Of a stretch of DNA of 64,000 nt, positions 36,690 through 46,680 are shown piece after piece. Both the position numbers and the translations under genes were made by a program. The DNA is from a bacterium (lineage in GTDB: Bacteria; Patescibacteriota; Microgenomatia; Woykebacterales; RBG-16-39-9b): contig JAUYID010000009.1 in assembly GCA_030704665.1 (NCBI GenBank), positions 458,460-522,459 on the forward strand. The letters run 5' to 3'. Positions within the stretch are counted from its first letter, which is position 1; each line of letters opens with the position of its first letter. The notes below the pieces were generated by a model. The model was not told the origin of the DNA. It did not search any database and worked only from the letters and a program-made list of their open reading frames with translations.

Positions 36690-37334
36690 ATGAAAACAAA
36701 ATTTTCTTTACTCAAAAGACTCTTTCAAGGTAGTGACAATGCAAAAGGCTTCAATTTGCGCAAGCAAAATAGTCCCGCGTTTCAACGTGGGTTTACCCTA
36801 GTTGAACTGCTTGTTGTCATTGCGGTGATTGGAATTCTGGTTACTCTCGTCATCGTCGCCGTGGATCCAGTTCAAGTCATTCGTAAATCGCAGGATACAC
36901 GCCGCCGCAGTGATTTACAGGCGATGCGAGTGGCCCTGCAGCAGTTTTACAATGACTACAAGTATTACCCGAGAAACAATAACGAAGGTAAGCTTTACTG
37001 CTGGAGTCTTTCCGGTTCCGACGGAACTCTCTTGAGTTTTACTGGCACGACCGCCTGGAGCTCGAATGGAAGCTCGAGCTGCACGACCTCGGACACCTCC
37101 TATATCAAAGCTTTGCCGAAGAACCCTACTTTTACCACGGGTGGCTACTATTACCAAGTTTTTGATGGTCCCTACCCGTATCAAAGCTACCGTCTGTTGA
37201 CCAACCTTTCCTACCCGAGCACTGATGATACTAATTCTTACACGAAATGTGGGGCGATCAACACTGGAACTAGTGTCATCACGGTCAACAATCCCTCGGT
37301 ACCAACCGTCAATTTTGCTCTTTGTAGTGACTAG
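36690..37334 (+). CDS. Type IV pilin/GspG-like protein
   Basis: RGFTLVELL; D..RRSDL; leader contains a palindromic insert. Confidence 0.9.
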   Translation: MKTKFSLLKRLFQGSDNAKGFNLRKQNSPAFQRGFTLVELLVVIAVIGILVTLVIVAVDPVQVIRKSQDTRRRSDLQAMRVALQQFYNDYKYYPRNNNEGKLYCWSLSGSDGTLLSFTGTTAWSSNGSSSCTTSDTSYIKALPKNPTFTTGGYYYQVFDGPYPYQSYRLLTNLSYPSTDDTNSYTKCGAINTGTSVITVNNPSVPTVNFALCSD

Positions 37335-37343
37335 GATTTTCCC

Positions 37344-37865
37344 ATGCTGACTCATCAAAAAGAAAAAGGTCTTGGTTTGATTGGGATTATAATTTTGCTT
37401 GCCCTGATTTTTGCAGCCCTCAACGTTTACTCCTACTACAACCCAAGTTTTTCTCTGTCCAAGTACTCACTTTTTAACTTTATCCGAGCTAAAAAAGATG
37501 AGACTAGAAAAAACGATTTGAAGAGACTACAAGAAGCCCTGCAGCGCTACTATGACAAAAACGGCAACACTTACCCAGGAACGATTGGGGTTTGCGGTCG
37601 AATTGTTTCCGTCCTGCATAGTGAAGTCATCACTGTTTTGAAACCTTATTTTCCGGAGAACGAATTTCCCGCCGACCCTTCTTTTAGCGGCACTTACAAA
37701 GACTATTTTTATACCAAACTTCCCAACGAGGGTTATGCCTTGATGGCGGTGCTGGAAATTCCACCGACTATTGCTGCGGATGAAAAAGATAGATACAATT
37801 TTGTTCGTTGCTATGATTGGCCCGGGAACGGGGTCTACAACTACCGGCTCGACAACCCTCAGTAA
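37344..37865 (+). CDS. Pilin/GspG-like protein
   Basis: KGLGLIG, DETRKNDL, PADP. Confidence 0.8.
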   Translation: MLTHQKEKGLGLIGIIILLALIFAALNVYSYYNPSFSLSKYSLFNFIRAKKDETRKNDLKRLQEALQRYYDKNGNTYPGTIGVCGRIVSVLHSEVITVLKPYFPENEFPADPSFSGTYKDYFYTKLPNEGYALMAVLEIPPTIAADEKDRYNFVRCYDWPGNGVYNYRLDNPQ

Positions 37866-37908
37866 GAGATTTGAAAGAGTCAGGGAATTTTGTTACTCTT
37901 AATATTAG

Positions 37909-38823
37909 ATGAATCTGCCCTCCCCGACGAGCTTGAAATTTAACTATAAAAAAAGTTTTCCTGAGTTTGGGTTTACTTTGCTCTCAGCAAAGCAGTCGCT
38001 TGCGCAGCAAGGGATTACTTTTCCTAATGTGAAGAGGAAAAGCAGTCGAGCCGAAGCGGGGTTTAATTTTCTGAGTGGAGCGAAGAAAAATAGCCCAGAG
38101 ACTCAGCGAGGGTTTACCCTGGTCGAACTCCTTGTAGTGGTGGCGATCATCGGTATTCTGACCTCGGTTGCGGTGGCCTCTTACAACAGTTTCAACCGTA
38201 GCCAGACGGTCAAAATTGCTGCTCTCAACATTAAATCAGATCTACGGGCTGCCAAAACCGATTCCATTGCCGGGCGCAAGGACGCTACCTGTCGGGCCGA
38301 CTCTTTTAACAACGACACCGGCTCTGTTGGAGCCGATGGTAAAGATGATTACACTTTGATTGGCTATTACGTTACTTTTAGTACCTCAAACCTTTCTGCA
38401 GACCGCCCCAACCAAAACTATTATGTTATTAACCAACGCTGCAAACTTGACGGTGTTATCACTCCGAACCCACCGGTTACTCCACAGTACCGCGCCGGGA
38501 CAGATGTAATCAAGGCTCTGCCAGTTGGTTCACGTTTGCAGTCTATTGATCTGCTAAATTCAGCCGGAGGGGCTTGTTCGATTGGTAATATAGCTTTAAG
38601 CCTTGAATTTTTGACGGTCAACAAAACCGATACCACTATTGCCGGCAACGTTGGTTTTTACAACTTCGTTTTGACAACAAGCGCACTAAGCACCTTTCCC
38701 CCTCCGTCGGGGAATATTTTTACTTGTGCTAAGGTTCGCTTAGTACTATCTGGAAACGCAACCAACGTTGTTTATTACGTTTACATTGAAAATAACGGTA
38801 ATATTTCCGAGGCAAGAAAATAA
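37909..38823 (+). CDS. Minor pilin (FimT/GspH-like) with extended leader
   Basis: RGFTLVELL preceded by three pseudo-GF repeats. Confidence 0.85.
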   Translation: MNLPSPTSLKFNYKKSFPEFGFTLLSAKQSLAQQGITFPNVKRKSSRAEAGFNFLSGAKKNSPETQRGFTLVELLVVVAIIGILTSVAVASYNSFNRSQTVKIAALNIKSDLRAAKTDSIAGRKDATCRADSFNNDTGSVGADGKDDYTLIGYYVTFSTSNLSADRPNQNYYVINQRCKLDGVITPNPPVTPQYRAGTDVIKALPVGSRLQSIDLLNSAGGACSIGNIALSLEFLTVNKTDTTIAGNVGFYNFVLTTSALSTFPPPSGNIFTCAKVRLVLSGNATNVVYYVYIENNGNISEARK

Positions 38824-39482
38824 TGGATTTAAAAATCTTTAGAAAACAAAAAGGGCAAACCTTGATCGAAGTGGTGGTGGCGATTGCCTTGGCTTTAATT
38901 ATTATCACTGCGTTGGTTAGTTTGACTTCTCGTACCAACCAAAATGCGAACTCCTCAAAAATTGCTGAGGTGGCTGCCAAATTTGCTCAAGAAGGACAGG
39001 AGGCGGTCAGACAAATTAAACTTAACGATGGGGATATCCGCAACTCTGGTGTTGCCGGGGTCTCAAAGTGGAGCGACCTTTACAAGGCCGGTGTCGCTGG
39101 GACACTCAACCCTCTGCGTCTTGATCTAGTTCAACCCCTCGGTACTCACGGTGGGACTCTGACTCCTGCTTGTGGCGCCGTTGTTTGGTGTTTGGACGGA
39201 GCAAGTTTGGGAACTGCTGAAGCTGGGAGCACAACCGCCCCGGGAACTGGAGGGATTGTAGTCAGCCGTCAAGTAGAAATTTATGATATTGCCGGTGCCT
39301 CTGGAGTCAACGGTTGTTTCCAAAATAGCGGCTCAGGAGGCGCAGTCCCGTTACCTGGTTTCACGGCTCCCCTAGTGTTAAATGCCAATGAGGTTAAAAG
39401 TGTTTTGGTCCTGGTCACTTGGACTGATCAGTCAGGTACCCACAAAATTACCTTGTATGATTGTGTCACCTCAAGAATATGA
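38823..39482 (+). CDS. Minor pilin (PilV-like)
   Basis: KGQTLIE, AQEGQE, VLVTW. Confidence 0.8.
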   Translation: MDLKIFRKQKGQTLIEVVVAIALALIIITALVSLTSRTNQNANSSKIAEVAAKFAQEGQEAVRQIKLNDGDIRNSGVAGVSKWSDLYKAGVAGTLNPLRLDLVQPLGTHGGTLTPACGAVVWCLDGASLGTAEAGSTTAPGTGGIVVSRQVEIYDIAGASGVNGCFQNSGSGGAVPLPGFTAPLVLNANEVKSVLVLVTWTDQSGTHKITLYDCVTSRI

Positions 39483-40252
39483 AAAAAACTGCACTGGCAT
39501 TAAATAAAGAAAACGGGTTCAATTTTTCGAGTTTTGAGAGAAAAAATAAACCTTCACTACGTTCAGGACTGCATTTTGCAGAGGCAAAAAGTAGTCCCAC
39601 CGAAGGTGGGTTTACACTGATTGAGATGCTGGTCGTGACGGCAATCCTCGGCTTGTTGCTGGGTATTGCTGCCCAAGTTTTTATCACCATTTTGCGCAAC
39701 CAAAACAAAACTAACTTAACTACCGAAATCCGCCAAAACGCCGCTCTGGTGATTGACACCTTCGAAAGAGATGCTCGTAGCGCGATACAGGCAGAAACAA
39801 TGTGTCCGGGCGGAATCAGTGCTTCTCCACCTTGCTCACTAGATACTAGCAATGCGAGCTTAAGTTTCCTTCTTTCCTCGGCTGGTTACACCGGAGCGGG
39901 TCTTACTTCTTACGGAGTGCGCTTTACTTATCGAAGTGGAGATCAAGTTTACTGGCTTTGTTTGACGGAGGATGCTTCTGTCAGCCCACGCCAGAACGGG
40001 CGCTTCATGCGTGGAAGCAACCCTTCGGCTACTTCCCTAGCAGTAGCACTGACCAATACGAGTAGTACTGACGGAGTCAGCATTACCACTCCTTGCATTA
40101 TCAGTGTTGAAGATACCAGTCAAGTTCATCTTTTGAAACTTGATTTTCAAGCACGAGAAGGTGCCGATGCTCACGTCAATCAAGGCAACAAAACCGACCT
40201 GTCCCAAACCGACGTGCGTTTCACCACCACAGTTGGTTTGAGGTCGTACTAA
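39479..40252 (+). CDS. Minor pilin (PilW-like)
   Basis: GGFTLIEML, C-terminal TTVGLRSY. Confidence 0.8.
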   Translation: MKKTALALNKENGFNFSSFERKNKPSLRSGLHFAEAKSSPTEGGFTLIEMLVVTAILGLLLGIAAQVFITILRNQNKTNLTTEIRQNAALVIDTFERDARSAIQAETMCPGGISASPPCSLDTSNASLSFLLSSAGYTGAGLTSYGVRFTYRSGDQVYWLCLTEDASVSPRQNGRFMRGSNPSATSLAVALTNTSSTDGVSITTPCIISVEDTSQVHLLKLDFQAREGADAHVNQGNKTDLSQTDVRFTTTVGLRSY

Positions 40253-40316
40253 ATTGCCAGAGAGCTTGACAGAGACAAGCCAACTTCATTACAATTTTTA
40301 GAGAAAGATCATTTTG

Positions 40317-41348
40317 ATGAACCTGCCAGAAAAAGAAACACAGAAGCAAAAAGGCCAAATCCTCATCGTCTTCCTTTTAGTCTTGGTAGTTGGGATCGCT
40401 ATTGTTCTTTCGGTAGCGAGTCGAACTCTGACTGATATCAGAACTACTACTACCTCAGAAGAATCCAACCGTGCTTATTTCGCGGCTGAGGCTGGAGTTG
40501 AATCAGCTCTAAAAAAGATTTCCCAATCGGCTGGTAGTGTCGCCTTTAGTCTGGATTTTAGTGCGGTCAACCAGACCAATGCTGTTGTCAGCGGCAAACC
40601 TTTTCAGAGCGGGACCGATGGATTTTATGCTTTTGCCGACAACATCGCCAAAGATGATGTGGCCCAATTCGTTCTCCTGAACAATTTTAACAATCTGGGA
40701 GGTGGGGCTTACGGAACTTGCGTTTCGGGACCATGCAGTCCGGCAACAGTTGATATTTACTGGCAGGACCCAGCCTCAGCTGAGCCTCCGGCGACCGCCA
40801 TTGAGGTTTCACTGATTTACTATTCTTCGGGAAATTATTCGATCACCAAGTGGGCTTTTGATCCAGACAGTTCTCGAGCTGCTGGAGCATCCGGCAACAA
40901 CTTTTGCTCTGCCAACGTGATTGTTCTGGACCCAGCTCAACCGACTGGCAATCCAAACTCACAAAACCAACTGGCAGCCAACCTCGACAACCAACTCAAA
41001 AAATTTAAATACAAAGCTACTATCAACGTCAGCAACGGACTTTATTCTCCCAACAGTGGCACAAATTGTGTGAACACCGCTGGTAGTGTTGCTGTTGATA
41101 CGGTTAAAGTCATGCTTCGCATCAGGCCGCTTTACAACCATACCGCAGGAGTATCGCGTTCAGAACCGATTGGCGTGCGTCCTCAGGCTGGGGCGGCTTT
41201 GCCACCACAAGGTTTTGTAGTTGAATCAACCGGGCGCACTGCTTCTGGTGTCACACGAAAATTGCGTGTTATCCAGCCTTACCCCTCGCTACCGGCAATT
41301 TTTGACTACGTACTTTTTAACGGTAGCAACCAACCCCTGACCAAGTAA
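40317..41348 (+). CDS. Minor pilin (PilX-like)
   Basis: KGQIL, AYFAAEAGVE, VESTG. Confidence 0.8.
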   Translation: MNLPEKETQKQKGQILIVFLLVLVVGIAIVLSVASRTLTDIRTTTTSEESNRAYFAAEAGVESALKKISQSAGSVAFSLDFSAVNQTNAVVSGKPFQSGTDGFYAFADNIAKDDVAQFVLLNNFNNLGGGAYGTCVSGPCSPATVDIYWQDPASAEPPATAIEVSLIYYSSGNYSITKWAFDPDSSRAAGASGNNFCSANVIVLDPAQPTGNPNSQNQLAANLDNQLKKFKYKATINVSNGLYSPNSGTNCVNTAGSVAVDTVKVMLRIRPLYNHTAGVSRSEPIGVRPQAGAALPPQGFVVESTGRTASGVTRKLRVIQPYPSLPAIFDYVLFNGSNQPLTK

Positions 41349-41424
41349 GTGCACGAAACTCTTGCGCACTAGAAGCAAAATTTGTTAAACTTAATTTTAG
41401 TAATTAATGGCTAATTATTGAACT

Positions 41425-42459
41425 ATGTCTGCCCTAAATCACTTCGGACTCGATATCGGTACACACAGCATCAAAGCAGTTCAGCTTGGTGGTAGTAGTG
41501 AAAGACCAAGTTTTGTTGCTGCCGGACAAGTCAACACACCGGTCAGTATTGCTTCTGCTTCCGAAGAAGACCATCAAAAAATTGCCGAGGCTATCAAAGC
41601 CCTTCACCGCGAAACCCACATTTCGACTGATAAAGTAGTGACTGCTTTGCCGGAATCCCAAATTTTTACTCGGGTGGTTGAGCTGCCAGTTCTATCCGAA
41701 GCTGAAGTAAAAAATGCCATCAAGTGGGAGGCTGAGCAGTACGTTCCGATTCCAATTAGTGAAGTAAAACTTGATTGGCAAATCCTTTCCACTATCAACA
41801 CCCCGGACAAAAAACAGAAAATGGAAGTTTTGCTGGTGGCGGCTCCGACTAGCCTGATTAACAATTACTTACAGATTTTAAAAATGGCCGGTTTGTCAGC
41901 GATTGCCCTTGAGACAGAAATCACTGCCGTGGTTCGGGCTCTGGTGCAAAGAGTTGCTGGAACTCCAACTACAATGGTGGTTAGTATTGGTGCTTCAACT
42001 ACCGATCTTTCGATCGTGACCACTAATCAAATAAATTTCACTCGTTCAATCGCCACCGGTGGTAGTGCTCTAGCCCGTGGGGTTGCCCAGGACCTTGGTT
42101 TCGAGGTTGATCAGGCCACTGAGTACATGAAGACTTACGGACTGGATGCGACCCAACTGGAAGGCAAAGTCTTGCAAGCTATAAAGCCAATTTTTGACGT
42201 TATTGTCAATGAGATTCGGCGTGCCCTGGCTTATTACACTACCCGGCACCCGGAAAGTAGTGTCAAAAGAGTAGTTTTGGCTGGTGGTACAGCTAAACTG
42301 CCGGGCCTGGTTGTTTATTTGGCAGAAATTTTGGGTTTGGAAGTGCAGCTGGGAAACCCTTGGGATGGGATCTCCCTACCTTCATCTTTGTCACAAAAGT
42401 TGACTGAGGACGCGGTTTCCTATCCGGTGGCGGTAGGTTTAGCTCTGAAAACGATTTAA
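41425..42459 (+). CDS. pilM: Type IV pilus assembly protein PilM
   Basis: GLDIG, SIGASTT, LAGGTA, VAVGLAL. Confidence 0.92.
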   Translation: MSALNHFGLDIGTHSIKAVQLGGSSERPSFVAAGQVNTPVSIASASEEDHQKIAEAIKALHRETHISTDKVVTALPESQIFTRVVELPVLSEAEVKNAIKWEAEQYVPIPISEVKLDWQILSTINTPDKKQKMEVLLVAAPTSLINNYLQILKMAGLSAIALETEITAVVRALVQRVAGTPTTMVVSIGASTTDLSIVTTNQINFTRSIATGGSALARGVAQDLGFEVDQATEYMKTYGLDATQLEGKVLQAIKPIFDVIVNEIRRALAYYTTRHPESSVKRVVLAGGTAKLPGLVVYLAEILGLEVQLGNPWDGISLPSSLSQKLTEDAVSYPVAVGLALKTI

Positions 42460-42460
42460 A

Positions 42461-43039
42461 ATGGACTCTATCAATCTTCTTCCGCAAGTTGCGGAAACTG
42501 AAATTAAAAAGGATGTTTACAAGAGAAAGATCAGCGTGGCTGCTGTTGCCTCACTTTTGGCAGTGGCGGGGATCATCATTGCCCTTTTTGGCTATCAGCT
42601 TTTCTTGAGCGCTCGGGATCGAACTCTGACTGCGGAAACCACCGAAAAGACAGCCCAAATTACTTCTCCAGAAAACGCCGCACTTGAAGTAAAACAAAGA
42701 GCTTTGATTGGTAAGCTGGAAGCAATCACAGGTTATTTGAACAGCAACAAGTCAACTGCTCGCGCTTTTAAGCAAATTATTACTCTAGCTTCTTCAGGAC
42801 AAGTCAGCCTCTCTAGAGTTGAACTCAGTAGTGCCGGAGCCATTACTGTGGCCGGTTTTGCTTCGACTTCTTCAAACTTAGGACGTTTTTTTGACAACCT
42901 AACTGACGAGAAGGCTACAGTAAGTTTGGAAAAGGTTGTGGCTAGCTCAGTTTCTTTGACAAGCAATAGCTACCAATTTACGGTTCGGCTCAATTACACC
43001 AAACCAGGATTGCTTGACAGAGAGGAGAAAACCCCATGA
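42461..43039 (+). CDS. pilN: PilN-like protein
   Basis: N-terminal INLLP, TM, coiled coil. Confidence 0.8.
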   Translation: MDSINLLPQVAETEIKKDVYKRKISVAAVASLLAVAGIIIALFGYQLFLSARDRTLTAETTEKTAQITSPENAALEVKQRALIGKLEAITGYLNSNKSTARAFKQIITLASSGQVSLSRVELSSAGAITVAGFASTSSNLGRFFDNLTDEKATVSLEKVVASSVSLTSNSYQFTVRLNYTKPGLLDREEKTP

Positions 43040-43767
43040 AACTCCAAAACCTGAACCTAGACGAATTTTACGGTTACCTCATACCGATAGTTACTTTTCT
43101 GGTTATCTTTGGTTTGGTTCCCTTTGTTATTTTTCCACAGTTGACCAAAATCAAGGATCAAAGCGACGCTATCCGCCAAAAAGACCAGCGTTTGACTAGA
43201 ATAAATGAAAAACTCTCTTTTCTTGCTCAACTTAAAAACAACGAAGCGGCTCTAGTCGAAAGTTTGAACAATGTTGAATTGGCCCTTCCCTCGGGTAAAG
43301 GTTTGGCCCCTCTGATTGAAGGACTAAAAAAACTGGCAGGAAATTCCAATATGGTCTTGAGTTCGGTGACCTTAAGGCCAGGTAAGGTGGCAACTGCTTC
43401 GGCCAAACTTGCCTCTGCGCAAGAAAGTTCCAAGTTGACTTTGAATGTCCAACTGAGTGGCGAAATTGCCGGGTTTGAAAAGTTTTTGACCCTGCTAGAA
43501 CGAGCAAAAAGAATTGTTCTCGTAGAAAGTTTTGCAGCGAACTCAAATCCTGACGGAGAAAGTACTTTTTCCCTGAGCTTGAACGCCCCCTTTAGAGAAG
43601 TTCAGAATCAGGCTACTTCCGAGGATCAAGTCGCCGAGGATATTCCTTCTTTGAGTAGTGAAGAACAAGATTTATACAACAAACTTCAAAGTGACTTTGT
43701 ACTTTACAGTGGTGAAGTCAGTGCTTGTGAGAACTGTACTGGCAAGGTAAAGAACCCTTTTCCCTAG
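43036..43767 (+). CDS. pilO: PilO-like protein
   Basis: TM, coiled coil, ALP, FL..LE..R, C-terminal NPF; position after pilN. Confidence 0.75.
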   Translation: MKLQNLNLDEFYGYLIPIVTFLVIFGLVPFVIFPQLTKIKDQSDAIRQKDQRLTRINEKLSFLAQLKNNEAALVESLNNVELALPSGKGLAPLIEGLKKLAGNSNMVLSSVTLRPGKVATASAKLASAQESSKLTLNVQLSGEIAGFEKFLTLLERAKRIVLVESFAANSNPDGESTFSLSLNAPFREVQNQATSEDQVAEDIPSLSSEEQDLYNKLQSDFVLYSGEVSACENCTGKVKNPFP

Positions 43768-44468
43768 TCGAGTAGATCAGGTCTGACTTTCTTAGTTTTT
43801 TCAAAAGCCGTCTCATGTCTCCATTTTTTGATTTTCTCATGATTTCCGGAAAGTAAAATTTCCGGAACCTTTTGGCCTTGAAACTCGGCTGGTCTAGTAT
43901 AGTGGGGGTATTCAAGAAGCATTTGTTTTTTACCCTCAAGCTCAAAAACCGAAAAAGACTCCTGCTGCGTTGACTTCTCCTTTCCCACAAAACCAGGGAC
44001 AAGTCGAGCTACAGTTTCAAGAACGACCAGAGCGGCAGTTTCCCCACCGTTTAAAATATAGTCCCCAATGGAAATTTCCTGATCAACAAAAAGATCAGTA
44101 AAGCGCTGGTCTACTCCCTCATAGCGACCTGCGACCAAAATTAACTGCTCCTTTTGTACAAGTTCGGCGGCAAGTTTCTGAGTCAGTCTTGTCCCGCCTG
44201 GGCTGAGGAGAATGACTTGTGAGTTTTTGGTCCTTTTCACAGAAGAGAGAGCTTTACTCAAAACATCAACACGCAGAACCATACCTTCTCCACCACCAAA
44301 CGGAGAATCATCAACCTTTTTGTGAGGCCCCTCACCAAAGTCCCTGATATCTAGCAAATTTATTTCTAAAAGATCTTTGGCGAGAGCTTTCTGAAGCAAA
44401 CTTTCCTTCAGGGGGCTAGCGAAAAACTGGGGAAAAAGAGTAAGGATGTCAAAACGCAGTTTCGGCAT
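43764..44468 (-). CDS. trmD: tRNA (guanine-N1)-methyltransferase
   Basis: GRYEGVDQR, SIGDYIL.GGE, LLSGNH. Confidence 0.97.
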   Translation of the reverse strand: MPKLRFDILTLFPQFFASPLKESLLQKALAKDLLEINLLDIRDFGEGPHKKVDDSPFGGGEGMVLRVDVLSKALSSVKRTKNSQVILLSPGGTRLTQKLAAELVQKEQLILVAGRYEGVDQRFTDLFVDQEISIGDYILNGGETAALVVLETVARLVPGFVGKEKSTQQESFSVFELEGKKQMLLEYPHYTRPAEFQGQKVPEILLSGNHEKIKKWRHETAFEKTKKVRPDLLD

Positions 44469-44473
44469 TGGAT

Positions 44474-44704
44474 CTAGTCTTCAAGGACCAAGTGAAGTCG
44501 TTTTCGTGCTGGTATTGCTTTGACTTTCAAAGCAGCTCGGAGAGCCTTGATCACTTTACCGCCTTTGCCGATGATCTTCCCAGTTTCTGCCGAGGCAACC
44601 TTTAAATGTAGTATTTGAGTTCCGTTTTCATCACTTTGGGAGATTTGAATCGCTTCGGTTTCGTCAACAATGTTTTCAACTAAATAGCGGAGAAGGTCCT
44701 TCAT
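44474..44704 (-). CDS. khpA: KH-domain RNA-binding protein
   Basis: GKIIGKGG; rpsP-khpA-trmD synteny. Confidence 0.85.
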   Translation of the reverse strand: MKDLLRYLVENIVDETEAIQISQSDENGTQILHLKVASAETGKIIGKGGKVIKALRAALKVKAIPARKRLHLVLED

Positions 44705-44931
44705 AGCTTTTTGATTAAACTGGCCACTGCCTCCGTGGGCTGGGCACCCACAGAAATCCAGTAATCAAAACGATCTTTGTTCACCTGGATTTTGGGTGGG
44801 TTGACAGTTGGATCATAGTTGCCGAGTATTTCTAGGAATTTTCCATCTCGAGGAGAAGACTCATCAGCAGAGATGATTCTATACTTGGCTTGGTTTTTAC
44901 TTCCAACACGGCTAAGTCTGATTTTTACCAT
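44701..44931 (-). CDS. rpsP: 30S ribosomal protein S16
   Basis: MVKIRLSR..RDGKFLE..GAQPT. Confidence 0.97.
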   Translation of the reverse strand: MVKIRLSRVGSKNQAKYRIISADESSPRDGKFLEILGNYDPTVNPPKIQVNKDRFDYWISVGAQPTEAVASLIKKL

Positions 44932-44943
44932 TATCGCGGGATT

Positions 44944-45633
44944 TTAGATCATTTTGGGAAAGTTTGCAAGTGCTTTCTCGGCTGCGTCCTGCTCGGCGCG
45001 CTGTTTGCTTGAGCCTTGACCTTCGGCGACGAGTTTTTCATCGAAATAAACTCCCATCCGAAAAGTTTTAGAGTGATCCGGACCTTCTTCGCTGATGATT
45101 TTGTAAATTGGGGTGACCGAGAGTTTTTCCTGAGATTCTTCCTGAAGAAGACTCTTAAAATCCTTGTAAAGTTTTTGATTGACAATTTCATCGATCGTGG
45201 GAAGTAAAAACTTTTCCACAAAGGTTCGCGCTTTTTCTAAACCAGAGTCTAGATAAATTGCCCCTAAAAAAGATTCAAAAGTGTTAGCCAGAAGGTACTG
45301 CCGGTTTCTGCCACCTGTTGCCTCTTCTCCCTTGGAAAGCAAAAGATGCTCGCCGAGCCCAAGTTGGGCCGATATTTGGGCCAGACTGCGTGCGTTTACC
45401 AAAGCGGAGCGGAAATTGGTCAAATCCCCTTCCGCACTTTCCGGAAATTTGTGATAGAGGTGCTCAGAAACGACAAAACCCAGAATCGAGTCTCCTAAAA
45501 ACTCAAGCCTTTCGTTGTGGGCTAGATTTTCACCTGGGTGCTCGTTTAAATAAGATCGGTGAGTAAAAGCAGTTTTGATCAGCTCTTTGTTTTTAAATTT
45601 TAGTTTTACCTTTTTTTCTAGTTCCTCAAACAC
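44944..45633 (-). CDS. rnc: Ribonuclease III
   Basis: NERLEFLGD, dsRBD. Confidence 0.97.
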   Translation of the reverse strand: MFEELEKKVKLKFKNKELIKTAFTHRSYLNEHPGENLAHNERLEFLGDSILGFVVSEHLYHKFPESAEGDLTNFRSALVNARSLAQISAQLGLGEHLLLSKGEEATGGRNRQYLLANTFESFLGAIYLDSGLEKARTFVEKFLLPTIDEIVNQKLYKDFKSLLQEESQEKLSVTPIYKIISEEGPDHSKTFRMGVYFDEKLVAEGQGSSKQRAEQDAAEKALANFPKMI

Positions 45634-45700
45634 TTTTTTGTTGTAGTTGGTGATTAGTGAGTAGTGATTGAAATTTCAATCATTATTTACCAACAGCCAG

Positions 45701-45940
45701 CTAAACTTCTCCAATTTGATCAGCGATAAAGATTTCAATGTCCCCGACAGTGTTAAATTTGCCATTTTCTTCAGGGGAGATTTTCACATTAAACTCATCT
45801 TCAAGACTAACAACCAAATCTGCCATACTAAGTGGGTCGGAGTTTAGGTCATCCTGCAAATGAGATTCAGAACTGATCTCGGCTTCATCAACCCCGAGGT
45901 GGTTAGCAACTATTTTCCTAATTTTTTCAAAAGTACTCAT
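45701..45940 (-). CDS. acpP: Acyl carrier protein-like (DSL motif replaced by DPL)
   Basis: ACP pattern DDLNSDPLSMADLVVSLEDEF..TVGDI. Confidence 0.8.
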   Translation of the reverse strand: MSTFEKIRKIVANHLGVDEAEISSESHLQDDLNSDPLSMADLVVSLEDEFNVKISPEENGKFNTVGDIEIFIADQIGEV

Positions 45941-46407
45941 TTTTTGGTTTTCTTGGTCCCCTCAATTTCCGGCAAAAGTTGTTTCACAACTGTTCCCAGG
46001 ACTCCGTTGACAAACTTTGAAGAGTTTTCTCCACCGAAAGCTTTGGCAAGCTCAACAGCTTCATCAATAGCGACTTTGGGAGGAACACTTCTAGCAATAT
46101 AAATTTCGAAAATCGCAATCCGCAGTATTTCCAGATCAATTTTGGCAATTTGCTCAATTGGCCATTCGGGGGCAGCCTCTTCAATGATTTTATCAAGACT
46201 ATCGAGATTTTCCGTGATTCCCGAAACTAAAAATAAAGCCAGGTCTTTATCAACGTTGATTGAGGCTTCCTCACGGTCGACTCTTGAGTATTCCTCGATA
46301 TCTCTTTCACTGATCGTTTTTATGTTGGTTGAGTTAAAACTCCATTCAAAAAGAGCCTGCAAGGCAACTTTTCTAGCTTCATGTCTTGGGTCAGTTTCTT
46401 GTTTCAT
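45937..46407 (-). CDS. nusB: Transcription antitermination factor NusB
   Basis: R..ARKVALQALF, AIDEAVELAK, FVNGVL. Confidence 0.95.
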   Translation of the reverse strand: MKQETDPRHEARKVALQALFEWSFNSTNIKTISERDIEEYSRVDREEASINVDKDLALFLVSGITENLDSLDKIIEEAAPEWPIEQIAKIDLEILRIAIFEIYIARSVPPKVAIDEAVELAKAFGGENSSKFVNGVLGTVVKQLLPEIEGTKKTKK

Positions 46408-46412
46408 GAAAA

Positions 46413-46625
46413 TTACTCCCCAGAAACTCTTCTTACTTTTGTTTTTGTTTCCGGGATAGTAACCAAACGTCCACGATACATCCCACAATTTGGACAAGCA
46501 GAGTGAGGGAGACGGTCTGCGCCGCAGTTAGGACACTTAGTTAAGCTGATTTCCTGCAATTTTATACCAGCTCTCCTTCTTCCTTGACGAAGTCGAGATA
46601 GTTTTTTCTTTGGTAATGGTGTCAT
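46413..46625 (-). CDS. rpmF: 50S ribosomal protein L32
   Basis: PKKK..RRR, CPNCG..PH..CPNCG. Confidence 0.93.
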   Translation of the reverse strand: MTPLPKKKLSRLRQGRRRAGIKLQEISLTKCPNCGADRLPHSACPNCGMYRGRLVTIPETKTKVRRVSGE

Positions 46626-46680
46626 ATCGAAGAAGATTATATTTAAACTGCTCTATGCTGTCAATCAATTTGATCTTTTT

